Shown one piece after another: positions 26,810 through 35,958 of a stretch of 36,055 nucleotides of DNA. The stretch spans positions 1 to 36,055 of the forward strand of contig JBMORE010000015.1 in NCBI GenBank assembly GCA_049322255.1, in the 5' to 3' direction. Position 1 is the stretch's first letter. Each line of letters begins with the position of its first letter. Origin of the DNA: Myxococcota bacterium (GTDB lineage Bacteria; Myxococcota; Myxococcia; Myxococcales; Myxococcaceae). A model generated the notes under the pieces. It had not been told where the DNA came from, ran no database searches, and saw only the letters and a program-made list of their open reading frames with translations. A program made the position numbers and the translations under genes.

Positions 26810-27535
26810 TCAAAGCTCGGCTGCCTGCCAAGACCCGTCGACCTTCGCCGTCCCGCCGGCGGGGACTTCGACCTCCATCGTCTGCACCGGCAGCCGCTCA
26901 CCCCTTTCCAAACGAAAAGCTCCGGAGGCGTCGGTGACGGCGAAGGAGTCGTGCGTGAAGAGCACCACGGTGGCCCTCATCCACGGGTGGAGGTCGCAGC
27001 GAATGTCGACCGCCCCGGGTGTCGTCGGCAGCGGCTTGTTCAGAGTCATGTGCTCGATGGGCATCGCCACGTTGAAGAGCGGCGCGGAGCCCTGGGCGGC
27101 GCGCACGTTGTGGAGGAGCGGGTCGGAGCTCTTCACCCTCAAGGTGGAGCCCGCACGCGCGGCGAGGACGGGCGGCTCGTAGGCGCAGCGCCGTTGATCG
27201 AGCTCGGGAATGGGAGGCGGGCTCGCCGACGTCGGCGTGTCTTCGACCGAAACGACGGCGTAGGCGAGCGCGCCGTCTTCGCCCACGACCAAGGAGCGAT
27301 CGGCGATCGATTCTCCACAGACGCGCCGCACTGACTCCGGCAGCAAGAGCGGCTTTGGCGCCGGCACCTTTCCTACGAGGCGCACCGTGCCCTCGATGGC
27401 GCCTCGTGCTGTCACCACGGCGGAAGGCGCGGCGACCACCACGAAAGGAGGGTGCTCGGGAGCTTTCGACTCTTGGCAGGCGAAAAGAAGCGCGGAGGAA
27501 AACAGCGCGGCGCGAAGTGCGTTCTTGGATCCCAC
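26810..27535 (-). CDS. Lipoprotein with cupredoxin-like / carboxypeptidase-regulatory-like domains
   Basis: Lipobox LFAC; LDQRRCAYEP, DPLLHNV, CDLHPWM, FAVTDASGAF; start uncertain (GTG 27535 chosen). Confidence 0.75.
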   Translation of the reverse strand: MGSKNALRAALFSSALLFACQESKAPEHPPFVVVAAPSAVVTARGAIEGTVRLVGKVPAPKPLLLPESVRRVCGESIADRSLVVGEDGALAYAVVSVEDTPTSASPPPIPELDQRRCAYEPPVLAARAGSTLRVKSSDPLLHNVRAAQGSAPLFNVAMPIEHMTLNKPLPTTPGAVDIRCDLHPWMRATVVLFTHDSFAVTDASGAFRLERGERLPVQTMEVEVPAGGTAKVDGSWQAAEL

Positions 27536-27619
27536 GGGAGCTTGTTGGTAGAAGGGCCGGCAGCTGCGCTTCATCATTCGAACCATCATCATCGAAGGCG
27601 TATTCGGAGGCTGTCCAAC

Positions 27620-28348
27620 TTGCGGGAGAAATTGAAGGCCCTGGTCGAGCTGCAGAAGGTCGACATGGAGATCGCTGCGCTCCGGAAGGCCGCCGAGGTC
27701 TACCCCAAGCAGCTTGCCGAGCTGGACAAGGAGCTGGCGGCAGCCAAGAGTGCGGTCGACGCCGAGCGGGCCAAGCTTGCGGACCTCGAGGTGCAAAAGC
27801 GCACGCTCGAGCAGAACATCTCCGACGAGAAGGACAAGGTGAAGAAGTGGGAGGCGCGGCTGACCGAGCAGCGCTCCACCCGCGAGTACGCCGCGCTGGC
27901 GCGTGAAATCGACATCGCCAAGAAGACCAACCAGAACATGGCCGAGGAGGTCGTGGAGCTGGGCAAGCAAGCCACCGCGCAGCGCGAGGTGCTCAAGGGC
28001 AAAGACGGAGAATTCGCCGCCCGCCAGGACCAAATCGGCGGGAAGATGGCCGACCTCAAGTCCAAGCTGGGCGGGGTGGAGACGCAGGCCAAGGAGCTGG
28101 AGGGAAAGCGCGCTTCGGCGGCGGCAGGTGTCGATGCCAACCTCCTGCGGCGCTACGAGTCGGTGAAGAAGAAGAAGTTGCCCGGGCTGGTGTCGGTGTT
28201 GGCGCCGGGTACCTGTCAGGGCTGCAACATGAACGTGCCCCCGCAGCTGTACAACACGCTGCGCTCGACGCTGGGCACCGACGTCTGCCCCTCGTGCCAC
28301 CGCATCATCTGCGCAGCCGAGGCCCTCGAGGCTCCGCCCGCCAAGTAG
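27620..28348 (+). CDS. C4-type zinc-ribbon coiled-coil protein (DUF164 type)
   Basis: TTG start after GGAGG; L..LVELQKVD, long coiled coil, REYAALAREI, CQGCNM...CPSCHRI. Confidence 0.9.
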   Translation: MREKLKALVELQKVDMEIAALRKAAEVYPKQLAELDKELAAAKSAVDAERAKLADLEVQKRTLEQNISDEKDKVKKWEARLTEQRSTREYAALAREIDIAKKTNQNMAEEVVELGKQATAQREVLKGKDGEFAARQDQIGGKMADLKSKLGGVETQAKELEGKRASAAAGVDANLLRRYESVKKKKLPGLVSVLAPGTCQGCNMNVPPQLYNTLRSTLGTDVCPSCHRIICAAEALEAPPAK

Positions 28349-28360
28349 CGCCCATCGTCG

Positions 28361-28978
28361 ATGGCACCCAAGACCACAAGCGGCGTGGGCAAGAGCATGC
28401 GTCCGGTGGCCTCCGACGCGGAGGTTTTGCGGCACATCGCGCGGGAAGAACCGCTCTCCTCCACGGTGAAGGCGTTCTCCGGGCTGACCCGCGACAAGCT
28501 GACCAAGCTGCTCGAGCGGGTGGCCTCTTTGGCCGAGGAGACGCCACGGCCCGCCGCCGAGCTGGTGGCCGCCCTGCCCCGCCTGCGCGTGTACTCCGAC
28601 GGGGCCGCGCGTGGAAACCCCGGGCCTTCGGGCGCAGGTGCGGTGCTCGTCGAGCCCAGCGGGCAGGTGGTGGACCGGCTGGGCAAGTACTTGGGCGTGC
28701 AGACCAACAACTATGCCGAGTACATGGGGCTGCTCTTGGGCCTCAAGCGTGCCCGCGAGCTGGGGGTGCGCGAGGTCGAGGTCTTCGCCGACAGCGAGCT
28801 GATGATTCGCCAGCTCGGCGGGCGCTACCAGGTGAAAAGCCCCACCTTACGGCCGCTGTACGAAGAGGCGTTGCGCCTGCTCAACGACTTTTCCCGGGTG
28901 AAGCTCGTGCACGTGCCGCGGGAGATGAACACCGCCGCCGACGAGATGAGCAACCGGGCGATCGACGAGCGGTTATGA
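28361..28978 (+). CDS. rnhA: Ribonuclease HI family protein with N-terminal extension
   Basis: [48 protein letters not shown]. Confidence 0.92.
   Translation: MAPKTTSGVGKSMRPVASDAEVLRHIAREEPLSSTVKAFSGLTRDKLTKLLERVASLAEETPRPAAELVAALPRLRVYSDGAARGNPGPSGAGAVLVEPSGQVVDRLGKYLGVQTNNYAEYMGLLLGLKRARELGVREVEVFADSELMIRQLGGRYQVKSPTLRPLYEEALRLLNDFSRVKLVHVPREMNTAADEMSNRAIDERL
28708..28974 (+). repeat. 267-bp direct repeat, copy 1 (3' part of the RNase H gene)
   Basis: Identical on base-by-base reading to 31248-31514 (offset 2540). Confidence 0.95.
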
Positions 28979-29063
28979 CCGGTTGCTCATCCGACAGGTT
29001 GCTCGCCCCTTCGCGGTGAGGGGTGGGTGAATTTCTTGCAGGCGCGGCCGTCGGCAGAGCCCC

Positions 29064-30362
29064 GTGGTGGCCCCTCTCATACTTCTTTCGCTCTTGGTCT
29101 CAGCCGATCTTGCCGACGCCGGCCGCGGGGCCTGGGAGTGCGTACCCGGTGAGTGGGCCGGCATCCGATGCTCCGAGCATTTGATGTGTCCCTTCGATGC
29201 GGGAGTGCTCGAGGTTGTGGCTCGTCGTGACGTCGGGTGTGGAAATCATGCTTGCTTTGGCTACGATCAGCTCGTCCAGCTGCGCGGGTCGCGCGAGGCG
29301 ATCTTTGCCGAAGTGCCCGTCGAAGACCCTTACGCGGAGCGCCAACTTTCGGCTGAGTGCGCGATCTCGCCGGGCACGCTCGCCGTTCGCGGGCACGGCA
29401 CTGCAACACTGACATTCGAGGTGGAATCGAACGGGAACCTCGCGCCCGCGCAAAGTCTCCAAGCGGAGGTCGCCGTGCTCGAGACCGAACCGATTGCTGA
29501 GGCTCGATTATCGCAGCTGCTGGCCAGCATCTCGCTGTTGCCCGTCGGTCACGCGCTGCGCGCGCACGTGCAGGCGGCCGTGGCTCGTGTGGCCATCAGT
29601 GAGGCTCGTTTTCTTAGCGCCGAGAAGATCATTGCATTCGAGCTGTCGACGCAGCCTGGGCTACAGAGCGCGTTGCTCCGAGAGCTCATCGCGCGACGCG
29701 CCCAGACCGCACCGCTCATCGTGGGCGAGCGGCTGCATATCGGCTACGTCACCCGTGACTTCGAATTCCCCGACCTGTCGCTCTTCTGGAAGAGAGGCAG
29801 CCTGTGCGTCGTTCAAGCTGCTCCTGACATAGTACGCTGCTTCGACACGGTCACGCGCACATGGGGCAAGGCGCGCCATCACACCGCTGGAGGCGAGTGG
29901 AGTTGCCATGAGGCCGTTCGGGGGCTCCCGCGTCAGTGCAGCCTCGAGCCGGACCAAGGCGACAATTTAGACGCCTACATTGATGCGAGCAGGATCGTGG
30001 TGGCTGACGGCGACAAGTTCGTGGTGCTGGATACCAATGGTTCGTTCGAGCGCTTCGATGCGAGCGGGCGCTCGACGTTGACTCCGCAGCAAGCCGGCCT
30101 TCAAGCAGCCACCAGCAAAGGCTCGCGCCTGCTCGGAGCCGGTCGCTACACTCTCTCAGCCACCGGTAGCGGTCTGACGTTTTTTTGGGCGAACACACCC
30201 GAGGCGAGCTGGTATCTGGAGGGGGCCTTCGACCCCAACGACACTGGAGGAAAGCGCACCGGCGCGCTGGCCTCACCTGACGGCAAGTGGGTCGCCGTAA
30301 CGACGCGTCCCATCGGCGCTCGCCGCACCGAGTTGCTGCTGCTTCGCGTGCGGCCCCGCTGA
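29064..30362 (+). CDS. Hypothetical secreted protein with atypical codon usage
   Basis: 432-aa ORF with signal-like N-terminus; more A/T-ending codons than flanking genes; C-terminal SPDGKWVA TolB/WD40-like motif. Confidence 0.55.
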   Translation: MVAPLILLSLLVSADLADAGRGAWECVPGEWAGIRCSEHLMCPFDAGVLEVVARRDVGCGNHACFGYDQLVQLRGSREAIFAEVPVEDPYAERQLSAECAISPGTLAVRGHGTATLTFEVESNGNLAPAQSLQAEVAVLETEPIAEARLSQLLASISLLPVGHALRAHVQAAVARVAISEARFLSAEKIIAFELSTQPGLQSALLRELIARRAQTAPLIVGERLHIGYVTRDFEFPDLSLFWKRGSLCVVQAAPDIVRCFDTVTRTWGKARHHTAGGEWSCHEAVRGLPRQCSLEPDQGDNLDAYIDASRIVVADGDKFVVLDTNGSFERFDASGRSTLTPQQAGLQAATSKGSRLLGAGRYTLSATGSGLTFFWANTPEASWYLEGAFDPNDTGGKRTGALASPDGKWVAVTTRPIGARRTELLLLRVRPR

Positions 30363-30489
30363 TGGAGGCGCGACCGACTCGCGCCCGGACGAACAGGTCT
30401 TGGAGGTGGTACTGGAAGCTCGGCGTTTCAACGCATCGCCAACGTCATCCAAGGTTGCGGTAGGGGGTCGTCACCGCTAGCGCTGCCGG

Positions 30490-30876
30490 TTATCGATTGG
30501 GGCTACCCACCGGGAAGACTACGCCCAAGTGGGTGGCGGCGGCCCGAAGGCTCGCGTCCAGCGTCCAGAGCGAGGCCGAGGTGACGAGCGCACTCGCCAA
30601 CAGATTCGCATCGACCCAACCCACGCCTCGGCGCGCCAGTCTGCGCCGGTGGATGAGCTCCACGACCTCGGAATAAGCCACGATGGGCGGCTGCGGTAGG
30701 CGTTCGAGCAACCGCTGTTCTCTTACCGAGAGCCCGCCCAGGATCAACTCCGCCAGCACCCACGGATGCACCAACACCTTCGCTGGCTCGTCCAAAAGCT
30801 CGCCCAGCGGCCTCGCCTCGGCATCCCCACCGAACCAGCGACGCCACACGGACGTGTCCACCAGCACCGAGGTCAT
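30490..30876 (-). CDS. vapC: VapC PIN-domain toxin
   Basis: [35 protein letters not shown]. Confidence 0.9.
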   Translation of the reverse strand: MTSVLVDTSVWRRWFGGDAEARPLGELLDEPAKVLVHPWVLAELILGGLSVREQRLLERLPQPPIVAYSEVVELIHRRRLARRGVGWVDANLLASALVTSASLWTLDASLRAAATHLGVVFPVGSPNR

Positions 30877-31058
30877 CTGCGCCTTGGAACTTCAGCGATC
30901 TTCGGCAGCTTGCCGAACAAGGCCTTCAGCCGTTTGCGCGCCTCTCGCTCCAGCAATGCCCGAAGGCCTTCCTCGATCACCGCGGTCTTCGACTTCGCCC
31001 CGGTTTGTTTGAGCGCCTCATCGAGCAGCTCCTCGTCCAAATCCAGCGTCGTTCTCAT
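30873..31058 (-). CDS. vapB: VapB antitoxin
   Basis: [44 protein letters not shown] overlap with vapC. Confidence 0.9.
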   Translation of the reverse strand: MRTTLDLDEELLDEALKQTGAKSKTAVIEEGLRALLEREARKRLKALFGKLPKIAEVPRRR

Positions 31059-31094
31059 GCATATCAATATGCATAATATTTATGCGATCGGCAA
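31057..31094 (-). promoter_or_regulatory. vapBC promoter/operator palindromes
   Basis: ATGCATAT-CA-ATATGCAT (31057-31074) and GCATAA-TAT-TTATGC (31071-31085); minus strand reads TTGCCG-N17-CATATT-N7-ATG. Confidence 0.6.
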
Positions 31095-31158
31095 ATGCGC
31101 ATTGGTTCTTGCTGCTTCGGGGAAGAGTGGGCACTTTTTGCTCACCAGGGCTCCAACG

Positions 31159-31518
31159 CTGAAACAGAAGATCGTGCCGCACCTTTGGTACACGAAGGAG
31201 GTTGAGGAAGCCGCGCGCTTTTACGCGTCGATCTTTCCGGACTCCCGCAACTATGCCGAGTACATGGGGCTGCTCTTGGGCCTCAAGCGTGCCCGCGAGC
31301 TGGGGGTGCGCGAGGTCGAGGTCTTCGCCGACAGCGAGCTGATGATTCGCCAGCTCGGCGGGCGCTACCAGGTGAAAAGCCCCACCTTACGGCCGCTGTA
31401 CGAAGAGGCGTTGCGCCTGCTCAACGACTTTTCCCGGGTGAAGCTCGTGCACGTGCCGCGGGAGATGAACACCGCCGCCGACGAGATGAGCAACCGGGCG
31501 ATCGACGAGCGGTTGTAG
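31159..31518 (+). pseudogene. Chimera: VOC (PhnB/3-demethylubiquinone-9 3-methyltransferase family) N-terminal 30 aa fused in frame to the duplicated RNase H C-terminal part
   Basis: [30 protein letters not shown] followed by NYAEYMG...AIDERL; lacks the RNase H DGAARGNPG motif. Confidence 0.75.
31248..31514 (+). repeat. 267-bp direct repeat, copy 2
   Basis: Identical to 28708-28974; then TTG TAG here versus TTA TGA in copy 1. Confidence 0.95.
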
Positions 31519-32054
31519 ATGGATCGACCGGCTCGTTTCCCTGTGGGCCCAAGGGGTTATCCGGACCAGACGGATGTTCAGCGGGGGCGGGGAGCGTGCC
31601 GACGCCCTCGATGCGACCGTCGGGGTACGGGAGAGACTTGGCGCTCGCCGTCGTCCTGAACAGAGAACTGCCCGAGCTGACCGCGAAGAAACCTCGAACT
31701 GCGCAGAACCCACAGCGTCTGGCCCCGTAACCCTCGGAGTCCTCGAAGAGCTCCTGAGCTTCCCGAGCCGTGCGCGCCACCGCTTCACGAGCGTCGTTCA
31801 GCGCGGGTAGAATTGTACCTCGTGATCGAGACCCGGACCCTGGAGGTGCGTCCGGGTCCAAAGAGTCCATTCCTCGACCGAGACCTCGAGCGGATAGGAC
31901 GGCGACGAACGCGGGGATCTCGTCCCTCGCCCGGTACTCCGGCCCATAGTCTCATCCCCTCGCTCGTGAGGCGCCACGCCCTCCGGTCGACCTGGAACCC
32001 AGGTCGGTACCAATGGTCTGGCGGTTTTTACCACTCAAAGATAGTATTTAAAGT

Positions 32055-32318
32055 ATGGCACGTGAGAAGGCGACAGTGACGCTTGATCGGCGGAAGGCCG
32101 ACGCGGCCAGGGCGTTGGTTCGCGCCCGCTCCCTCTCCGAGACGTTGGACATCGCGCTCGATCGTCTCATCCGCAGCGAACGCCTGCGGCGCGACGTAGC
32201 GACCTACACACGCGAGCCGCTCGACTCGGCCGAGCGCGCGGTCGGCGATCTGCCCGTCGAGCTCGACCTGGGCGATGCCGACGTGGACTACGAGGCGCTC
32301 TACGGACGGCGCAAGTGA
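32055..32318 (+). CDS. Putative antitoxin (RHH-like N-terminus, acidic C-terminus) paired with MazF
   Basis: KATVTLD...SLSETLDIALDRLIRSERLRRD; its TGA overlaps the toxin ATG; preceded by AT-rich TAGTAT-N7-ATG. Confidence 0.75.
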   Translation: MAREKATVTLDRRKADAARALVRARSLSETLDIALDRLIRSERLRRDVATYTREPLDSAERAVGDLPVELDLGDADVDYEALYGRRK

Positions 32319-32641
32319 TGGGTCCAGTCGCACGCCGGGGCGAGGTGTGGTTCGCGGAGGTGCCGGGAGACAAGCGTCGGCCGGTGCTGGTGCTCTCGCG
32401 CGACCCGATGGGCGCATTGTTGCATTCGGTCATTTGCGCGCCGATCACCTCGAACGTGCGCGGTTTGGCGACCGAAGTCGCCGTGGGGAAAGAAGCCGGT
32501 CTGGCGCACAAGTCGGTCGCGAACTTCGACAACACCTTCCTGCTTTCGCGCCACCGCCTCGTTCGCCGGCTTGGCCGTGCCTCGCACGAGACGATGGAAG
32601 CGGCGTGCGCGGCGCTCGAAGTCGCCGCGGGCTGCTCCTGA
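32318..32641 (+). CDS. mazF: PemK/MazF family endoribonuclease toxin
   Basis: RRGEVWFA....DKRRPVLVLSRD, VICAPITS..RG..TEV, GL...SVANFDN. Confidence 0.9.
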   Translation: MGPVARRGEVWFAEVPGDKRRPVLVLSRDPMGALLHSVICAPITSNVRGLATEVAVGKEAGLAHKSVANFDNTFLLSRHRLVRRLGRASHETMEAACAALEVAAGCS

Positions 32642-32695
32642 CCGCACCACGCGCCTGCCCGGGCCGTGCTCCGCGACGCGAAGAGAGTCGATCTC

Positions 32696-32902
32696 GATCG
32701 CCTTATCGCCCTGGGAGGCAGCCCGGAACAGTGCGGCTGGCTCAAAGATCGCTTCGGCGTCTCGTGGCAAATCGTCCCCTCGGTGATGGACGAGATGATG
32801 CGAGATACGAACCAGAGCCGCATGCAGCGGGTGGTCGAAGCGATGTTGAAGATGGTCAAGCTCGACATCGAAAAGCTGCAAGCCGCATACGTTCAGCGCT
32901 GA
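32696..32902 (+). pseudogene. C-terminal fragment of the VOC/PhnB-like gene
   Basis: GGSPEQCGWLKDRFGVSWQIVP...AMLKMVKLDIEKLQAAY; N-terminal and central parts are missing here; left boundary approximate. Confidence 0.8.
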
Positions 32903-33015
32903 GCCGTGCCGCGCGCCGCCTCATGCACGCTGCCGTGATACCCTTTTGCGCTATGCGTCGAGCCGCTCGGATGTCAGAGACCACTGGTAGGTTGCCGCCC
33001 CGAGGGAGGACCGCG

Positions 33016-33222
33016 GTGGCGAAGGGGAACGGAAGAAACGGTGAGGCGCGCATCCCCGCATGGGTGCATCTGTGGTGGTCCCGTGCAAAGGAAGACTTCA
33101 AGGCAGAGTTGAAGGCCGAGCTCGAGCCACGTTTTCAGTCGATCGAGACGAAGCTCGTCGTCATGGACGTGAAGCTCGACGCTCTCGACAAGCGCGTGAC
33201 CCGCATCGAAAGTCGAGACTGA
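33016..33222 (+). CDS. Small hypothetical coiled-coil protein (68 aa)
   Basis: GGGAGGA RBS then GTG; MAKGNGRNG...RFQSIETKLVVMDVKLDALDKRVTRIESRD heptad pattern. Confidence 0.55.
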   Translation: MAKGNGRNGEARIPAWVHLWWSRAKEDFKAELKAELEPRFQSIETKLVVMDVKLDALDKRVTRIESRD

Positions 33223-33315
33223 ATCGGAAGTCTGGGTGGAAGGAAGCTGCGAGGCGTTTCGCTCGCAGAACAATCGGCTTGCCTCGGCCGGCGGTTTCAT
33301 CTTGAACACGGCCTC

Positions 33316-33888
33316 ATGTGCCGCCTCGCCATGCTGGTCGTTCTCCTCTCCGTTCCCGTCCACGCCTCCTCCGCTCGACTGCTCCCGGCGGATGGAGCTG
33401 TCTCCACGGCCCTCACCCCCACGCCGTGGACCTTGCACCTAGGCATTTCGACGGCGGCGAGTGTCCTGGCCGTGCCAGCCGGCTTGTATCTGGCCAGCGT
33501 GGTGGGCTCGCTCTCCAACGCGCTCCTCTGGTCGGCGCTGCCCTCCCTTTTGGTGATGGGCCTGTTCGCTCCGACCGTCACCACCCTCACCGCTTGGCTC
33601 TATGGAAACTGGGAAGGCGGAAACCGCTTCCCCTTCCTCTCCGCTTGGGGAGCCTCGGTGCTGGTCAACGCGCTCGCGCTCATCGCCGGCGGCTTTTTAG
33701 GACTCTCGGTGGGGTTGCCGCTGGGCGTGCTCGCCTTCGGGGTCGTCAACGGGGCGCTCCTCGGGGCGGCCTCGGTGGGTACGATGCGCTCCTTGGCAAG
33801 ACCGCCACCCACTCCCCTCGCCCTCCCCTCCTTCCTCCCCGGCGTCGGCGACACCCACGTCGTGCCGCTGGCGCGGGCTTCTTTCTAG
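33316..33888 (+). CDS. Hypothetical membrane protein
   Basis: Signal-like N-terminus and about 4 hydrophobic helices; 12 bp upstream of the hydrolase. Confidence 0.65.
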   Translation: MCRLAMLVVLLSVPVHASSARLLPADGAVSTALTPTPWTLHLGISTAASVLAVPAGLYLASVVGSLSNALLWSALPSLLVMGLFAPTVTTLTAWLYGNWEGGNRFPFLSAWGASVLVNALALIAGGFLGLSVGLPLGVLAFGVVNGALLGAASVGTMRSLARPPPTPLALPSFLPGVGDTHVVPLARASF

Positions 33889-33900
33889 GAGACACCGCGA

Positions 33901-35046
33901 ATGCGTCTTTTCGCCCTCCTCGCGCTCGCCCTATTCCTTTCCACTCCCACGCTGGCGCAAAGCTGCCCTTCGCGTGACGTGTGGCCCCAAGACGACTGGG
34001 CGGTGAACCTGGTCGACCCGCAGGCCAAGGCCGCCGAAATCCAGGCGCTCGAGGAATTCGCTTTCACCCTCACGGGCGAAGACGGCGAGCGGTTGGGCCT
34101 TCGCACCAACGCGTTGCTCATCATCAAGGGTGGGCGCATCGTCTACGAGAAATACGCGCGTGGCTTCGACGCCTCCAAGCGGCACCTGTCGTGGTCGGTC
34201 GCCAAGAGCGTCACCAGCGCGCTCGCCGGGGTCGCGGTGGCCGAGGGAGCACTCTCCCTCGAGGACTCGATCTGCAAGCATTTCCCTGAATACGCAGGCC
34301 TCACCGAGCATACCGGCGAGGTCTGCCGCATTCGCGTAAAGGATGTGCTCACCTTCACCACCGGCCTCGATTGGACCGAGGAATACGAAGACAAGACGTA
34401 CCAAGTCTCCAGCGTCATCGCGATGCTCTTCGGGGTGGGGCACAAAGACATGCTGGGCCACATTCTTTCGCACCCGCTGGTGGCGACTCCGGGCGAGAAA
34501 TGGCTCTACTCCACCGGCGACGGGCAGCTGCTCTCGGCGGTGGTCAAACGCGCGCTGGAGAAGGACCACGGCCGCGACGCTTTCTGGAAGTACCTTTTCG
34601 AGCCCATTGGCATGAAGCGGGTGGTGCTCGAGGAGGACTTGAAGGGCACGCCCTTGGGCGGCTCGATGGTCTACGCCACTCCGCGCGACTTCGCTCGCTT
34701 CGGCTACCTCTACCTGAACGACGGCTGCTGGAACGGCACACGCATTCTTCCGCAAGGGTGGGTGACCGCCTCGCGCACCATCTCCGAGGCGTACCCGCGC
34801 TCGCCTGTCGAGGAGGATACGCCTTGTGGCTACATGTGGTGGCTCAACCAGGCGGTGCCCGAAAAGAGCCAGGAGAAACCCTGGCCCGACGCTCCCGACG
34901 ACACCTATGCCGCCATGGGACACTGGGGTCAGCGGGTGGTGGTGATTCCTTCGGAGGACGTGGTCATCGTACGCACCGCGGACGACCGCGAGGGCTCCGT
35001 TCCCTTAAACGAGCTCATCAAGCTCTCCCTGGGAGTGGCGCGATGA
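33901..35046 (+). CDS. Secreted serine hydrolase, beta-lactamase-related (AmpC/NylB-like) family
   Basis: Signal peptide; catalytic SxxK in SWSVAKS; PGEKWLYS; TPRDFARFGYLYLNDG.W.G.RILP..WV; AMGHWGQ; AGGAGA RBS. Confidence 0.92.
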   Translation: MRLFALLALALFLSTPTLAQSCPSRDVWPQDDWAVNLVDPQAKAAEIQALEEFAFTLTGEDGERLGLRTNALLIIKGGRIVYEKYARGFDASKRHLSWSVAKSVTSALAGVAVAEGALSLEDSICKHFPEYAGLTEHTGEVCRIRVKDVLTFTTGLDWTEEYEDKTYQVSSVIAMLFGVGHKDMLGHILSHPLVATPGEKWLYSTGDGQLLSAVVKRALEKDHGRDAFWKYLFEPIGMKRVVLEEDLKGTPLGGSMVYATPRDFARFGYLYLNDGCWNGTRILPQGWVTASRTISEAYPRSPVEEDTPCGYMWWLNQAVPEKSQEKPWPDAPDDTYAAMGHWGQRVVVIPSEDVVIVRTADDREGSVPLNELIKLSLGVAR

Positions 35047-35339
35047 GAAGCCTCGCCGCCGTCGGGATGCTCTGGTGCCTGGCCTGCGCCAGTCCGCCGC
35101 GCACCTACGACAACAACGACCTCGAGCTGGCCGTGGCCAACGCCGCCCGCATGTCTTGCTCCTGCCTGTTCGTGATGGAGATGCCCGACGACTACTGCAA
35201 GGCATGGGTGAAGGCTTCGCCTGACGTCGCCCGCTTCTCGGTGGACAAAAAGAACAAGACCGTCGAAGCATCGGCCTTCATCTCTTGGGCCGCCAAGGCG
35301 CACTATGTCGATGACCAGCGCGGCTGCGTGCTCGAGTAG
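35043..35339 (+). CDS. Small Cys-containing lipoprotein coupled to the serine hydrolase
   Basis: ATGA overlap; lipobox CLAC; AARMSCSCLFV...VDKKNKTVEAS...A.Y....GCVL. Confidence 0.75.
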   Translation: MRSLAAVGMLWCLACASPPRTYDNNDLELAVANAARMSCSCLFVMEMPDDYCKAWVKASPDVARFSVDKKNKTVEASAFISWAAKAHYVDDQRGCVLE

Positions 35340-35390
35340 CGAGCCGCCAGGATGACCGCCGCCCGTCCCTGAGTTATATGGCTTGACGCC

Positions 35391-35780
<390 letters not shown>

Positions 35781-35958
35781 GGCTTTTTGTTTCTGGATGA
35801 CGCCTCCAGCGGGGTCACTCGTCTTTGGCCCTGGCAGTCCTCTCCCGCCGTCGGGCGTGGAGAAGCTCTTCCATCGGTTCGCGACGCCCGTCTTCGTCGT
35901 GTTGCGGCTGCGCCCTGAAAGACCTGGTGCCCTCGACGCTTACCCGAAGGGGCCGGCG

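Noticed and set aside
27536..28435. 541-aa minus-strand ORF as one protein
   Set aside because: The upstream 300 codons are antisense to the zinc-ribbon gene; only 26810-27535 has a lipobox and family motifs
30766..31158. N-terminal part of the 250-aa ORF 30766-31518
   Set aside because: Antisense to vapBC and its operator; only the part from 31159 has recognisable homology
28979..33300. Integron cassette array, prophage or IS explanation for the TA-rich region
   Set aside because: I found no integrase or transposase ORF, repeated attC-like sites or terminal inverted repeats by eye
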